A stretch of DNA of 64,000 nucleotides from Amphiscolops sp. MND2022 (Eukaryota): contig OZ076409.1 of the NCBI GenBank assembly GCA_964187785.1, positions 69,380,001 through 69,444,000 of the forward strand, read 5' to 3'. The notes under the pieces are model-generated. The model made no database searches. It saw nothing but the letters and a program-made list of their open reading frames with translations, and was not told where the DNA came from. The position numbers and the translations under genes are program-made. Positions 1 through 12,339 of the stretch are shown here, piece by piece; the stretch's first letter is position 1, and the number at the start of each line of letters is the position of its first letter.

Positions 1-263
1 CTTTTGGGTCAACTGGGCTAAGGGACATTTACAGTCCCTGGAGTGACTTGGATAAGTTTGGATGGGCTGAGATCAATGACGTCATCAATAGTGTGACGCC
101 CAAAGGCCCGAAGGTCTCCGCCGCAGAGGATGCCCCTAGTACCAGTAAAGCCTCATCGTCTTTTATGGTGCCAAAGCCAGGGAAGAGGCGTAGTCACTTG
201 ATTTCAGATGAAGAGCTAAACAAGTCCGCTGAGCGTTTAAATGCTAGTTTAGATAAGTCTTAA
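1..263 (+). CDS. 3' end of an ORF antisense to, and converging on, the Gypsy pol; unknown product
   Basis: Frame 3 is open from position 3 to TAA at 261-263 (FGSTGLRDIYSPWSDLDKFGW...). It ends ~190 bp from the integrase stop. No homolog recognised. Confidence 0.4.
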   Translation, partial: FGSTGLRDIYSPWSDLDKFGWAEINDVINSVTPKGPKVSAAEDAPSTSKASSSFMVPKPGKRRSHLISDEELNKSAERLNASLDKS

Positions 264-449
264 TTGTACCATATGTACAATTGTCATTTTAGTTTGTTGT
301 ACAGTGCTTCAAAAACTTTTCGTATAGGCACTTTGGGATTCTATTTAGTGTTCAGTTATTTACTGTATTCTTTGTCTTTTATTCAGTCAAGTCCCGCAAA
401 GATATCATTCTGCAATTGTTTAATCGGGACAGTTAATTTACAATTCTGG

Positions 450-2116
450 CTAATATCTGTATTTGTCGGTGAAGTTGGGGGTGGGGTTAGGTCGTAGGTT
501 ATATTTTCCTCCCCTGGGGCTTTCGTTTTCTACAATCATATCGTCTTCATCATCTAATACTTCGGGCACGATAGTATCACTCCCTCCTGACGATTGTTGA
601 TAATCAATCCCATCATTTATGCGTTCTGAACGTGTTTTTTCAAGCGGAGCGAATTCATCATTTTCGTGTGGCCCGGTGGACCTAAGGTCCACGTCGGTGA
701 AAATTTCGTCTGGCGCTCTGGCGTCATTTTCTTGAGGCCCGGTGGACGTAACGTCCACGTCGGTGGAAATTTCGTCCAGCGCTCTGGTATTGTTTGCGTT
801 ATCATTAGAAGTGTCTTGCGCTTCTCGACATGTAGGAATTGCGGTTTCTCCAGTGGAATTTGGAAATTCACCAAAATTGGTATCCCAAGTGATTACATAT
901 AGGTCATCTTGCGGAATAATAATTTCATCGTCCGGTTGCAAACTCCCTTCCGGTCTGGTGTCCTGTAGGACTGTGTTCGGTTCATATTTGCGTAGTCTGA
1001 TGCGGTGTAAAATTTGCGTTTTGTTTGAATTCAGTTTTCTGACTATATTGTTTTCATTTGGCAAGACTTTTTCTACAATATAGGGTCCTGTCCATCTGTA
1101 TTCGCGAAATGGAATTTTCGATCCCTGGTGGTCGGCGATAGGTTGCAGTATAAAACAGTAGTCGTTCTGTTTCAAGGGGGCCGCTTTGGCCTTCCGGTCG
1201 TAATTTTCTTTGTACTTCAAATAGGATTGCATAATGTTTTTCTTTGTTGAATCAAGCAAAATTTGCGTCCGGCGCTGAAATTCATCTGCAAAGTCTGTAG
1301 TTGGTAGGACTTTCGGGTTTGGATTAAGGCCCAACTTGTGATCCAATATATTATACGGAATTCGTCCGTGAAATATTCTAGATGGTTCACAACCTAGGGT
1401 AGCGTGATAGGTCGTATTATAATTTAATACGGCTAAAGGCAAATATTTGTGCCACTGTCGCCTGTAGTCCCCTGAGGCCATCTTGAGGTTTGTTTTGAGA
1501 CTGGCATGGGTACGTTCTAATTTGCCAATTGTTTGCGGGTGTTTTGTAGTTGCGCATTTTATGTGAATTCCGAGAGTTTGAGCTACTTCGGCGACCAGTC
1601 TGGACGTAAAAGCCGTCCCTTTATCCGTGATCAAGGTAGTAGGCAAATAGGTATGTTTGGTCATTATGTCTATAATAACCTTTGCCGTGTTTGTGGCCGA
1701 AGCGTCAGTAACTGGATATGCAAAAAGATATCTTGAAAACACATCCATTGCAGTTATGATGTTTTCATAACCTCCGCTGGGGAGCAGGTTCGGTAACAAA
1801 TCAATTTGCATTCATCTTCCGGACCTAAGTCCCATTCAGGCAAGTTAAGCAATTCGGGAGTTATAGATGAGTTTGGGACTCTTTTATCTTTAATGCAAAT
1901 TTCGCATCCTTGAACCCATTTTTTAACAAGTTTTGCGATGCCAGGGTAGTAATATTTTTGGCGAATTTCGACGAGCATCTTGGATTTTCCAGGGTGTTTT
2001 TTTAGCTTTGCCGTGTAGGGATTCAAGTAGTTCATGTACCAGATGTTTAGGTAAAAGCACTTGATTGTATTTGACAGCTCCTGTTTCGTCAAAATATTGT
2101 CTGGTAATACTTTCAT
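450..2116 (-). pseudogene. Gypsy integrase (H2C2 zinc finger, DDE core, GPY/F region, acidic tail), frameshifted
   Basis: HPG...CEIC in ORF 1754-2116. DVFSRY, ITDKGTAF, GKLERTH and WTGPY in ORF 450-1811. The domains are split across frames. Confidence 0.9.
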
Positions 2117-4783
2117 CCGTAACGGACAGTCTGTCCATTTGGCGACAGTAATGTTGGTAGCGGTGATCTTGCAGTAAGATAGTCTCTGAGTAGCTTTCTT
2201 TCAGTATTTTTAGGCGTAATTGTTGTAAAATGACGTCATTGTTTTGTTCTACTGCTATAGAGTTCGCGTAGGATAATTTCTGAAATGTTGAAAGTTTGTG
2301 ATAATCACTTTTGTGTGTAGTGAATTTTTCGAACGAAATATCAGGTAATTGATTTGCTGGATGGTCTCTAGCTGCCTTTTTACGTTGTAAAATCTGTTCT
2401 TCCGTCTCGTCATCATCCTCTGTATAGAAGATTTGTTCCTCTTCCGAAACTCCGGCCGATTGGACATGTAGTTCAATCGGTGTTGTGGGGATATCTTCTC
2501 TGATTCTGAGGATTAATTTCGCTTTTGGAGAGATTTCTAGACGTGACAGATAATCAGCCGCTGTGTTGTTTTTGCCTGGGAAGTGTGCTATTGTGAAGTT
2601 GAACGGGATCACATAATCACAAGCATTCCATAATGTCGGCGGAATACTTTTAGTTTGAAAAAAGCGTGTGACGGACTTGTTGTCTGTGAGTATAATTACC
2701 GGTTTTTGCGTTCCCCAAAAGATATGTCCAAATTCCTTGAAGGCAAAGAAAATTGCTAAGAATTCCGTGGCATAGATGGACATTTTCAATTGGGTAGGAC
2801 TAAAAGTCTTGGATCCATAAGCTACTGGTGCGAAAGCTTTCCTCGTAGAAGTGTACTTCTCGAGTGGATCGTCTTCGATGAGAACTGCGTACCCTGCGGC
2901 CGAAAAGCTGGCATCGGTCATAAGGGCTATTTGCTTGTTCGGTAAGGGTTGTTTGAGTGCCAGTTCGCAACATCGATCAAGAGCCTTGTTTATCTCGGTA
3001 AATTTTTCCAATAGGTCCGGTGTTACCAGGACTTTTTCAACTTTAGTGAGCAGTTTGAAAAACGGCGTTAGTTTTTCTGATAGTCTTGGGATGTAGTTTC
3101 GGTAATAGTTCAAAAATCCCAAGTAACGCTGTAGTGCTTTCTTGGATTTCGGGAATTTCGTATTTTCTAGGAAATTTTGGACCCGTGGTCTCTGCGGCTT
3201 CACTCCAGCAGGAGTGATGGTGCGTCCCAGAAAGTCGATTTCCGTTGCGCCAAAATGGCATTTATGCATCGTAAGCTTGAGACCAGCGTTTTGCATGCAT
3301 TGGAATGTGGCCCTCAGGTTGTTGATGAGTTGTTCAGCATCGTTAGCAGCAATGCCAATATCATCAACATATTGGGCGCATTGGTCTGCTTTGATGACTT
3401 TGTCCAAGTATTCGCGCATGAAACTAGAGAAGGCCGATAGGGCTCTGCTGAGACCCTGTGCCAATCTTCTGTACGCGAAAGTTCTGCTGGCAAAATTGAA
3501 AGCAAGCATTTTAATGCACCGTTGGTCCGCCATTTGTAGGCAATGGTAAGCTTGCGAAAGGCCAACTTACAGAATAGCTTTTTCCCAGCCATGTGTTGGG
3601 CCGCGTCTGTAAGCGTACTTACTGGATGGTTATTGTTGATGTAATCATCCGATATCAAGTTGTTAATTTTACGCAAGTCGACTAAAAGTCGCAGTTTGCC
3701 ATTGGGTTTCTTTCGTGCAAAAATGGGGCTTGCGTACTTAGAGAATGGGAGTGTTGTAATGATCCCATAGCCGCTATGGGATCATTACAACACTCCCATT
3801 CTTTAAGTACGCAAGCTCCATTTTTGCACGAAAGAAACCCAATGGCAAACTGCGACTTTTAGTCGACTTGCGTAAAATTAACAACTTGATATCGGATGAT
3901 TTCGCGGCTGATATCGGATGATATCGCTGCGATGTATCAAGGCTAGTTCCACAAGGATGTCTTCTTTGAGGTTAATTGGGGTTGGTAAACTTTGACTGTA
4001 GGCCGGAGAGTTGTCTTTCGGGGTCAATTTGACCTTGAAATCTTCGTTCATGCCGATATCAAATCGATGTCTTGCGAATATATCATGGAATTCAACAAGT
4101 AGGTCTTCTATGCGCGCTATTTCAGCAGGTTGAAACATAGAGTCTGTCCAATCAAACTTGGATAGGAATTGACGTCTCGACTCAGAGTCGTCCTGAGGAT
4201 TAAGTTTTTCCAATTCCTGGAGGTTGATCAGTTCTGACAAAATCCGTTTTTGAATCGGGGTATGATGCTGAGGGTCCCCAGGGTCCTCTGGTGTTGGAAA
4301 CCAGTAGTTTTCCTTGAAGTCCTCAGGCTTAGTAGATTTGATCAAGCTGCTTGCATAGTAAGCAGCGTTTTCAGGATTGTCCTGCAAAAGGTGCCATGTG
4401 GTCACTGGGTCAATAGGTTTGACATATTTCATCTGTTCCGGTGTAAGGACAGTGAAATTAGCAACTTGTGTACCTCTTTTGAGGGTATAGAGACTGTCGG
4501 TAAAATTGTTCAGGTGAACGGATACTTGACCATTGGTCAATGTGACTAGAGCAGCGCAGAAAGCAATATCGCCATCATCCGTAAGGGTGTGGCTCGGTTG
4601 AAGGATCCCGGTAACTGTAGTATCCTCGTACAGTTGTGAAGCCATGAGGACCCAGTGTCGGTCACTAGGTGGGATGGTTACATCCTCTCTAATGCAAATG
4701 GGTTCCATGAAATTTGTATATTTGTGAACTGCAGTTTTGAGCTGCATTGAGAAGAAAAGATAATTTAGGACGCCTTGTCGCAT
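1923..4783 (-). pseudogene. Gypsy reverse transcriptase / RNase H, disrupted
   Basis: QYVDDI, IDFLG, LQRYLGFLNYY, TDASFSAAG and NTAADYLSR motifs. The N-terminal part (ORF 3878-4783) is separated from the rest by the fold-back insertion at 3772-3930 and a frameshift near 3560. Confidence 0.9.
3643..3901. repeat. Fold-back inverted duplication inside RT (~129-bp arms, 1-nt spacer at 3772)
   Basis: 3773-3901 is the reverse complement of 3643-3771, with two mismatches seen. A short scrambled filler follows to ~3930. Confidence 0.95.
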
Positions 4784-4824
4784 GTCCAGAATGGTGTTAT
4801 TCCTTTGAAGGAAGGAAAGACCAA

Positions 4825-5607
4825 TTAATGTCCGTTTGCAACCATTATTTGGAAGTTGGGAGCTGGACCCTCTTTAATAATAGACTGAGGGGCTAATACT
4901 CGGATTTTACGTAGATCAGCTTCAGGGATTGCGCTAGATAGAGCTCCCGTGTCTACAAGGCCATCTTGTGTTAGTTCGCCAAAATCCATTGGAAAGTAGA
5001 GCATTCGTCGTTTGTATTTGAGGCCAAGATTGGTAGTCGGCGGCACATAGTCCGGTACCCCTGTTCTGGTGACCAGGGTGCTCACATAGCGTGCCGCAAC
5101 GGCTGTGACCACGGAGACCTGTGGTCCCTCATGGTGAAATTCATAACCGACATTGGATTGAGTGGTTTGATGGGCGAGCTGTGCGCCATGTTGCCGTGGG
5201 TCAACTGGTGCTTTGGTAAGAACTGTATTTAGGGCTTGGTCAGTTTCAAAAGAATCTGGCTCTATATTCGAGGTCTGTTTGTCAAAATTGTGGTAGAAGT
5301 ACAGATGATGTTGATTGTAGCAGTTAGCCTCCCAGTAGGGGTCAAAACCATAGTCGGCGTCAGGATAGTATGGGTTATAGTCATCAATGAGGGGTATAAG
5401 TGGTATAGTAGTAGTATCAGTTTGTAGTCTGCTGGACATAGAGTCCAAAGTGGTAAGAAAATTAGGTGGAGTTTTCATCTGCTGCGGCCAGTCAGCTGAT
5501 GAAGTTTCTTTAAGAGCTGTATAATACTCAATGTAATATATATTTGGAGGGTCGGATATTATGTACTGTCGTACACGGAGTTTTTCATGTATTTGGAGTC
5601 GTGGCAA
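4825..5607 (-). pseudogene. Gypsy aspartic protease region
   Basis: LVDTGALSSAI retropepsin active-site motif, then IMVANG. The frame ends prematurely. Confidence 0.8.
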
Positions 5608-5609
5608 AT

Positions 5610-7121
5610 CTAGTTTTTTGGATTCTTTAAGATGGACGTGGTTTGTTTATTTTTCGCGTCTTCTTGGCTGGTGGACTTATCAGTGGCCGTGGTGTCAACC
5701 AGTTTAAGGTTTTTGGGCTTGAGGTGGGCTCCAGCGCCTTTCCAACATCTTTCCGCCTGGTGGTTCGTTTTGTCGCAAGTTGGACATTTTGGATATTCTT
5801 TCTTGGTATCCTGTCCGTCGTTGCGGCGTTGTTCCTCCTTTCTTTTAAGTTTGCGGCAATCGTCTTTGACATGTCCAGGTTTCTTGCAATAGTTGCAAGT
5901 AATGTTTGGGTCAATGCCAGAGGAAAGAAGGCCAGTTCCCGGTCGTGTTGCTGTAGGGGCAGTGGACATTGTTGGTACTGGAATGTCGTCCCCCTCCTCA
6001 AGTACATTGAGCTCAAGCTCTCGTTCTAGATGGGTGACAATTTCCTCATAGGTGGCGTTTTCAAGTCTAGCCATATTGACGGAGCGTTTCAATTTTGGAA
6101 GCAACTTGGCATAGAGGAGACTATCGATCATGGCCTGGGCGTTCTCGCCAAACGCTTTTTCAGCTCCTTGGTTTAATTCTTCAAGGAAGTCGGGTAGTTT
6201 CATGGTGTTCGGATCAAACACCAATCTGTGCCATTTGTGTTTGGCGGTCGCCTGGGACTCAGGTTTGACGTATTTCCGACGAAATACAGCTAGAATGTCT
6301 TCCAATGTTTGCCTGTTTGCCGTATTGATGATACGGAAAGTTTGTAGGGCATTTTTTTGCAACAGTGAATGAAAATGATTGATGGAATTTTGACGATGCA
6401 GGGGATCTCGAGATAGCATGGGACGTCCAGTGAGAAACTCGGGAACCATATGTGGGGTAGGTTTGGCTCCTGTCACCATGTCGCGATGTTGTTCGCTATT
6501 TATAGAGTTTGTTGAACTCTCTCTAGACCTCAGTCTACTATTTTCCTGTGTAAAACATGTTCTAGAACGATTTTCTCATGTTTTCTGCGAATTTCCTACT
6601 TCGGCGTTCCATTGTAGGTCACTGGACCTTCGGTCCTTTAACGTGAAATCGGTCGACCTTGGGCTAGGATGTGGCCCGTTGGACTCCCGGTCCACCATGG
6701 TGAAATTAGGTCTCCCCTGCATTTCTAGTGTATTTTGGATGGAAGGAAGCACTGTACTTGTTATTGCAGCTGTAATTGCATCCTTAATTTGGGAATTCAA
6801 ACCAGTTTTAATTTCATTGAGCTTTCTAGACATTTGATTGGAAATTTCCTCGCTTATCAACCTAGAAGTCTCAATTGTGATTTCACTGTTTTCCCTGCTG
6901 TTGGTATTAAGTAAGGACCTAAAATCTTCTCCTATAACATTTGAGCTTTGTTGCGGTCTGCTAGACCCTGAGTCCAAATTCACTTCATTTTCACTAACAT
7001 TATTCTCTTCATCTTCCCTAGAGTAACTTCCAAGCATTATGTCAACATTTTCTACATCGAACAGCATGTCTAACTGTCTAGAACGACGTTCTTTAGCCTT
7101 TTGCTTTCTCGTGGAAGGCAT
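5610..7121 (-). pseudogene. Gypsy gag (two ORFs: 6576-7121 and 5610-6479)
   Basis: CNYCKKPGHVKDDC and CPTCDKTNHQAERC zinc knuckles, positioned upstream of the protease. Confidence 0.85.
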
Positions 7122-7613
7122 GAGAAGGGGATTTGAGTTTCACAGTCAATTGTAAATATCAACTAACAAGATAATCCAAATCAACAAAGTATGTATCAGC
7201 AGAGTTTTAAACTCAAAGTTCAGAGTCGTGACAATATTATATCGACTTGTTTGTATCAAGGTTGTGAAAGTTTCTGTCCCTGCTCTCCAGTGTTCCCGCT
7301 ATTTATAGTTTGGGTGGGGTTACACACAGAATTATGCGGGTCATGGTTCTAAAAATAGCAATAGATGGGGTTTTAGGATAGTTCTAGGGACATTACGTCA
7401 CTATTTCATCATGTTTGTAAGGACAAAAATAGCATCAAAGAGAAGCGGCTAAGGGTTGTAGCTGGAGATTATGATGTCATATAAATATGCATGGAGGAAT
7501 ATTATTATGCCTGAATATGCTATTTACATGTTTATATTTCCAATAATAACACTTCATGTCATTAGAATAATCACAAACAGCGTGATTGGCAATTACGCCA
7601 AATCGGACGTAAC

Positions 7614-7631
7614 GTCCATGCGGCGTCACCA
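7614..7631 (-). promoter_or_regulatory. Putative primer-binding site of the Gypsy element
   Basis: Minus strand reads ...ATACA-AT-TGGTGACGCCGCATGGAC, i.e. TGG two nt after a CA LTR end. The cognate tRNA was not identified. Confidence 0.6.
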
Positions 7632-7633
7632 AT

Positions 7634-8347
7634 TGTATAGTTAGTTCGATTTGATTGGTTAATATAGCACTCGACGTTGCGTACAATCAGCCACAACAAC
7701 AGTACATTTGAACACGTTTCCTTACTGCGCTTCAATTGCATTCTAATACATCATTCAAATTGATCATTTTACATTGCTAATTCCAATTCATTTAGTACAT
7801 TACTATTTCAACAATAATCAACAGGTAAATCAAGCACAAACTAACTATAATATTAAGCAACGGTAAATTACATAAAGTAGAGTGTTTTGTGATTAGTTTT
7901 AACACAATTGTTTGATGAGGCCGTATCGACCTAAGGTCCTTTATGTTTTGGACGCAGTTCTTCTAGATTTGCCTCAATTTGAGTGAGGCCGTCCGTACCA
8001 TCGGTCCATTGTTGTCAAACCTTCTAAATAGGGAGTACTCCTGGCGGGGGGTTAGATAGATCGTCTACTGAAGGGATTTGGTAGTAATTGCCGTCACAGG
8101 CGGCAGCCTGCGACAGTACCCGAAAGGGCGCCGACTTAGAAAAGCAGAACTGCTTATTCGGCGTCCACCCCGCGGTAGTGGGGAAATTAACCTCTCTCTC
8201 TCTCACTTCTCTCTCATTGACTTACTGCTTTACATTACGTCATTCTCAAGGATAGACGCCATGAAGCCTTTTGCAGTGACCTCTTGTATGGTCAATCAGT
8301 TTTCATTTATTCTGTCATTCTTCGAAGTTTCTATCACACTACATACA
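7634..8347 (-). repeat. Putative 5' LTR of the Gypsy element (~714 bp)
   Basis: Bounded by TGTAT...ATACA inverted termini and adjacent to the PBS. The second LTR is outside the window, so the outer boundary is unverified. Confidence 0.55.
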
Positions 8348-8717
8348 TTTTGGGGAAAACTTCCGGTTGTTCTCACCGATATTGCATCATTGGAAAGTAA
8401 TCCGATACAAACTTTGGCCAATGCAAAGACTTGAAGACCCCTGTTGGTCAACAAATTACCTTGACTTGACGTGAATCCGCGTTCGAACCAGATAAATTAA
8501 GAAAATTAAATATCACCGTATGAAAATTGCTCCAGAAATATGAAGACCATAACCTTGTTTTGTTAAAAAACAAGGCAATCAGAGCAAACCCTGTGGATGG
8601 CAGGGTCTATGATGACAAAAATCCGATGAAGGCTGATGAAGTATTAGAATGGAGCTATTCTGAAAATTTATATTTTTGTCTTATTTGACCACTTGGGAGG
8701 GGGGAGGGTCTACTTAC

Positions 8718-8918
8718 GAGTACAAGCACTTGTTGGAGTATTGCAGCCATCAGGTACTAAGTTGCAAGTAGCCCCGGTGGGAGCAGCCACTGTGAAAGTG
8801 TCGTCGGCATCGCTGTAAACCACAAACACCACTCCTGCCTTGTTTTCAGGCCATTCGATTGTATTCGGCAAGTTCACAATGTTCCCTTGGGCGTTCTCAT
8901 TTCGGATCATCAACAGAG
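8718..8918 (-). CDS. Exon of a second cadherin-like gene, paralog of exon 2 of the gene at 32151-63119
   Basis: ttttcag| ... |gtaagt boundaries, phase 1-1. IVNLPNTIEWPENKAGVVFVVYSDADDTFTVA...CT aligns by eye with ITNLPNTIEVPENFEGTVYVVYSDSPTTFTVA...CT at 62018-62212. Confidence 0.85.
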
Positions 8919-10550
8919 CTGAAAATGATGGCAAAAGTAAGGGGCTCACTGCCCGTACTGACAACCCAGGGAAATCCATCGGTGGCCATCGGTGGACCAC
9001 CAATGGCCATCGCTGGGGGGAAATTAGCTTACGTGGAGGAACATTAAAATGAAAATTTCGTTCAACATTTCTAGCAACTGAATGTTGGTACACGAAAGAC
9101 CTTGAAACGATATTCGCAAACTTAATGCATCAAAGCCTAACAAAATGGGAAAATTATAAGGACCGGTTCTGAAGTATCTGTAAACCCTGTTTGCAGTTTC
9201 AGAACGTGTCCGAAAAACCTTTTCCCACTGGTTATCCAGTGAGTTTAGATCTTACTCTAGTAATTTTTTTGGGTGATTTTAGATCTTGGCGATGCAGGCC
9301 TACTATCCTCAAAATTTCATCCATCGTTCTAGTTAGTTGAAGTATTCATGCGCATTGCACTGTAAAAACAACGGGAGTAAACTGGCTTGATAATGCTTTG
9401 GACAATCACAACCTGTGCAATAATACGTAAGAAAACTAGGATAGAAAATTTCCCCGAGGTTTCTCCGGTAAAGTAGTTTCCAACAGCAGACTGAAAACTA
9501 GCATAGCAGTAATAATACAGTCTGAAAACTAGCATAACCTATTCAACTAACTCAAACATTAGATGAACTTAATATGTATCACTCAATCAAAGTGCAAATT
9601 TCGACCTCAAAACTGCAAACCTTATCACAACTTTTTATTTTGACATTTTAGCCCGATTGTTTTTGATTTAACTGATTCAAAATGCTACGAAAGAAATGCT
9701 TGAAACATGGAGCCATTTTCCTGGAAGAATTAGAAAGAACAGCATGAGAAACAAGAAATGTTTTTAACAGAAAACACAAACTGTTGACATGTCCTGTTGA
9801 CATGTACTGTTGACAGTGAACTTCCGCTGATGAATTAGTATATGATCAGCTGCAGTTTCGCCTGAGTCACCTTGATAATTGAGGTATGTTATTATTTCCA
9901 TTTTCTTTAGCAACGAGAAAATCTTGGTTTTAGCATCGGATATTTTTTCTAAACCTGTAAAAAAAAGAGCTTTGTATGCATGAAAAGTGCATGCATGAAA
10001 ACAGCATTTATGAAAACAGTATGCATGAAAACAGCATACAAAAGTGTCAAGCAGATTATTCTGGGGAACGCGAAGTGAAATTTGAATGATTGGACCTTGA
10101 ATGAAAAATAGTGCACTGGAGCAGCACAAAGAATTCAATAACCGTTGGGAGCAAGGAATTGAGAGTCTTTCATAGCAAAAAGTTAAGAAGTTGATTATTG
10201 TCAAAAATGGAGTATTTAAGCCTTCTAATTTTGTGTTTATTTTTCATGGCTGTGCTTTGGTCATCAAATCAACTTCATTTGGGAGTCAGTTGATCTGGGA
10301 TAACCAATGGTAGCTTTTACAAAAATGGTCTTGTTGGCATTTTTGCGTCGTTACTGTTTGTCTCTAACTAGAAGTCAAGAACAGTTCATGTGAACCGGAG
10401 CATATTTAGTTTGAGTGGGAAACTCTGAGTGAGGGGATTTTTAAAAAATTAATATCATTTTAATTTCATAGTGTTTTCCTGATCGGATTGGAGAAATTTC
10501 CCAATTTGTGAAAACGGTCGAAAGATCATTGGAAGTGTACCGCTTATCTG

Positions 10551-11098
10551 TTTTTAGTCGGCGCATTTTAGTAGAAAATGTGCCCGACTCTTACAGTGGG
10601 TAGTTTTTTTAGACACGAAAGGTTCACTTTTCTTTCTGTTTCTTTTCTTTTTGTTCAGATCATTTCTTCAACAACTTGGCGAACCTAAGAAGCGCGTCCA
10701 AAACGAAAAAGAAAACAAAACAAACAGAACCTCGACAACACACTAAGGATCTCCCCTAAGCCTCCCCCCCCCTCACTTTTTTTCGGCACTATGCGACTTT
10801 TTTTGAAACTTTTTGGATTGCACCAAAGGGTCCCCTCTTTATTTGTTTCGATATTTTAAAACACAATGGATGTCAGAAAATTCCAAAGGGTCCTTTTACA
10901 TTTTTCGGCACTGTGACACTGTTCAAAAATCACATTTTAAAATTTTTTTGGGCAATTTTTTTAAGTCCTTAAAGGGTCCCCCCTTCAATTTTTTTCATAT
11001 TTTGCCACCAGCTGGAGTTTCACAAAACCCAAAGAGTCCCCCCTTTTACAATTTTGAGCCTTAGATATAGCGCCGACTTTGGCCGTTCTCGGCTTGTT
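10551..11098 (+). mobile_element. Helentron-associated (HINE/DINE-1-like) non-autonomous element
   Basis: T-run, then AGTCGGCGC subterminal IR with a nearby partner GCCCGACT. The 3' GCGCCGACT is followed by a short stem-loop (GGCCG-TTCT-CGGCT) and TT. Several related copies are in the window. Confidence 0.7.
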
Positions 11099-11629
11099 TT
11101 TTCTCATACTGTTTCATTTCTCGTACTTGTTTTCAATAAAAGGATGTCGACAGCAAAACGTTCTTTCTTGCTGTTGATATCTCAAACCTTTATATCATTG
11201 AAGAGCAGAATAAAGAATAGTGCCCTCAAAAATGAATCTAGCGATGAAACCGTTTTTAATCTAAGACAGCTTGTGATTTCACCCGCACACTGATGTGATG
11301 AATTCGGTTCTCCGAATAACTTCTCATGAGGCTCTGGAAATCTCTCAATTAATTTTCATACAACGTTTTTCACCAAAGTAGTATGGGGATTCCCGATACG
11401 GGCCACAAAAACCCCAAAAATTAAAAGTCCTCAAAACCATTGATTTTAAGCACTTTTTAGAAAACAAATCATCAAAAATAGTGTTTTGCCATGAAGCAAA
11501 ATTCGCGAAGCTTCGCACTAACCTCTATGATGCGCGAAGCTACGCAATGTGTAATAATAACACGTTGCTGTACAGCCAGCATTAATGCACAACCAACATT
11601 AATACACACCAATGAAAAATAACTAATAA

Positions 11630-12079
11630 ATGGCACAGCTTCACAATTACCTCTCATTCAAAGACTTTGTTGAAAAATACGGACTAAAAAACGAAGCAAC
11701 TTCCAATGTAAAAATAAAAGAAATACTTGATAGGCTTGGTGCCTCCGGCGAAATAAATACAGTGTGTGGGCAAAGCTGTGCAATATACATGAGAGATGAT
11801 AAGTTTAACACTACCAGTGGTATAGTTAACTTACATCCCTCAGTGGGAACACATTGGGTTATGTTTATAAATCAAAATTATTTTGATTCATATGGATGCC
11901 CACCCCCAACTAATATACTTAATCATATTAAAAATGGTATTTATTCAGAATATCAAATTCAGACCAACGACAGTTATTGCGCGGCGTATTGTTTATACAC
12001 ACTGTATCTCACAAATAAAATTGGGTTCAAAAATGCAGTACTAAATTTATACTATCAAACTTTCAAACCTAATAAATGA
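11630..12079 (+). CDS. Adenain-like (Polinton PRO) cysteine protease
   Basis: GTHWV, YFDSYG and QIQ...YCAAYC give the His/Asp/Gln/Cys catalytic arrangement of adenoviral and Polinton proteases. Confidence 0.9.
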   Translation: MAQLHNYLSFKDFVEKYGLKNEATSNVKIKEILDRLGASGEINTVCGQSCAIYMRDDKFNTTSGIVNLHPSVGTHWVMFINQNYFDSYGCPPPTNILNHIKNGIYSEYQIQTNDSYCAAYCLYTLYLTNKIGFKNAVLNLYYQTFKPNK

Positions 12080-12291
12080 AGAAAATTAAGAATTATTCAA
12101 CTCAATATAAAATTATCCAACCCGCGCAGCTACGCGACAGCTCTCGCACACAGCTTCACAATCAAAATCAAAATCATGGAAAAAATTCATCGAAGCCGCA
12201 GAGTTTCACACATAAGAAAACATTATCAAAAGATAGGCAAGAATTTATAAATAACATTTCCGCTAGTGGATTCAAACAATTTAATCTATAA
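12076..12291 (+). CDS. Small basic protein, unknown function
   Basis: ATGA overlap with the protease stop. It has the same CTAATAAATG start context as the other element genes. Confidence 0.6.
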   Translation: MKKIKNYSTQYKIIQPAQLRDSSRTQLHNQNQNHGKNSSKPQSFTHKKTLSKDRQEFINNISASGFKQFNL

Positions 12292-12339
12292 TGCGCGCAG
12301 CTTCGCGGAGCTGAGAAAAAAGGATTTTTTTCTTAATAA

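Larger units (their letters stand above)
1..8347 (-). mobile_element. Ty3/Gypsy LTR retrotransposon, degenerate, 3' end runs off the left edge of the window
   Basis: Minus-strand domain order gag (two CCHC knuckles) - protease (LVDTGA) - RT (YVDD) - RNase H (TDAS) - integrase is Gypsy-type. Frameshifts and an internal inverted duplication break the pol frame. Putative PBS and 5' LTR lie at 7614-8347. Confidence 0.92.

Noticed and set aside
4480..4720. Active dUTPase between protease and RT
   Set aside because: The region is a beta-rich spacer loosely reminiscent of a dUTPase-like fold, but the five catalytic motifs are not recognisable.
7905..7990. Hammerhead ribozyme in the Gypsy LTR (TTGATGAGGCCG)
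   Set aside because: The core is not CUGANGA, and no correctly placed GAAA or stem III was found.
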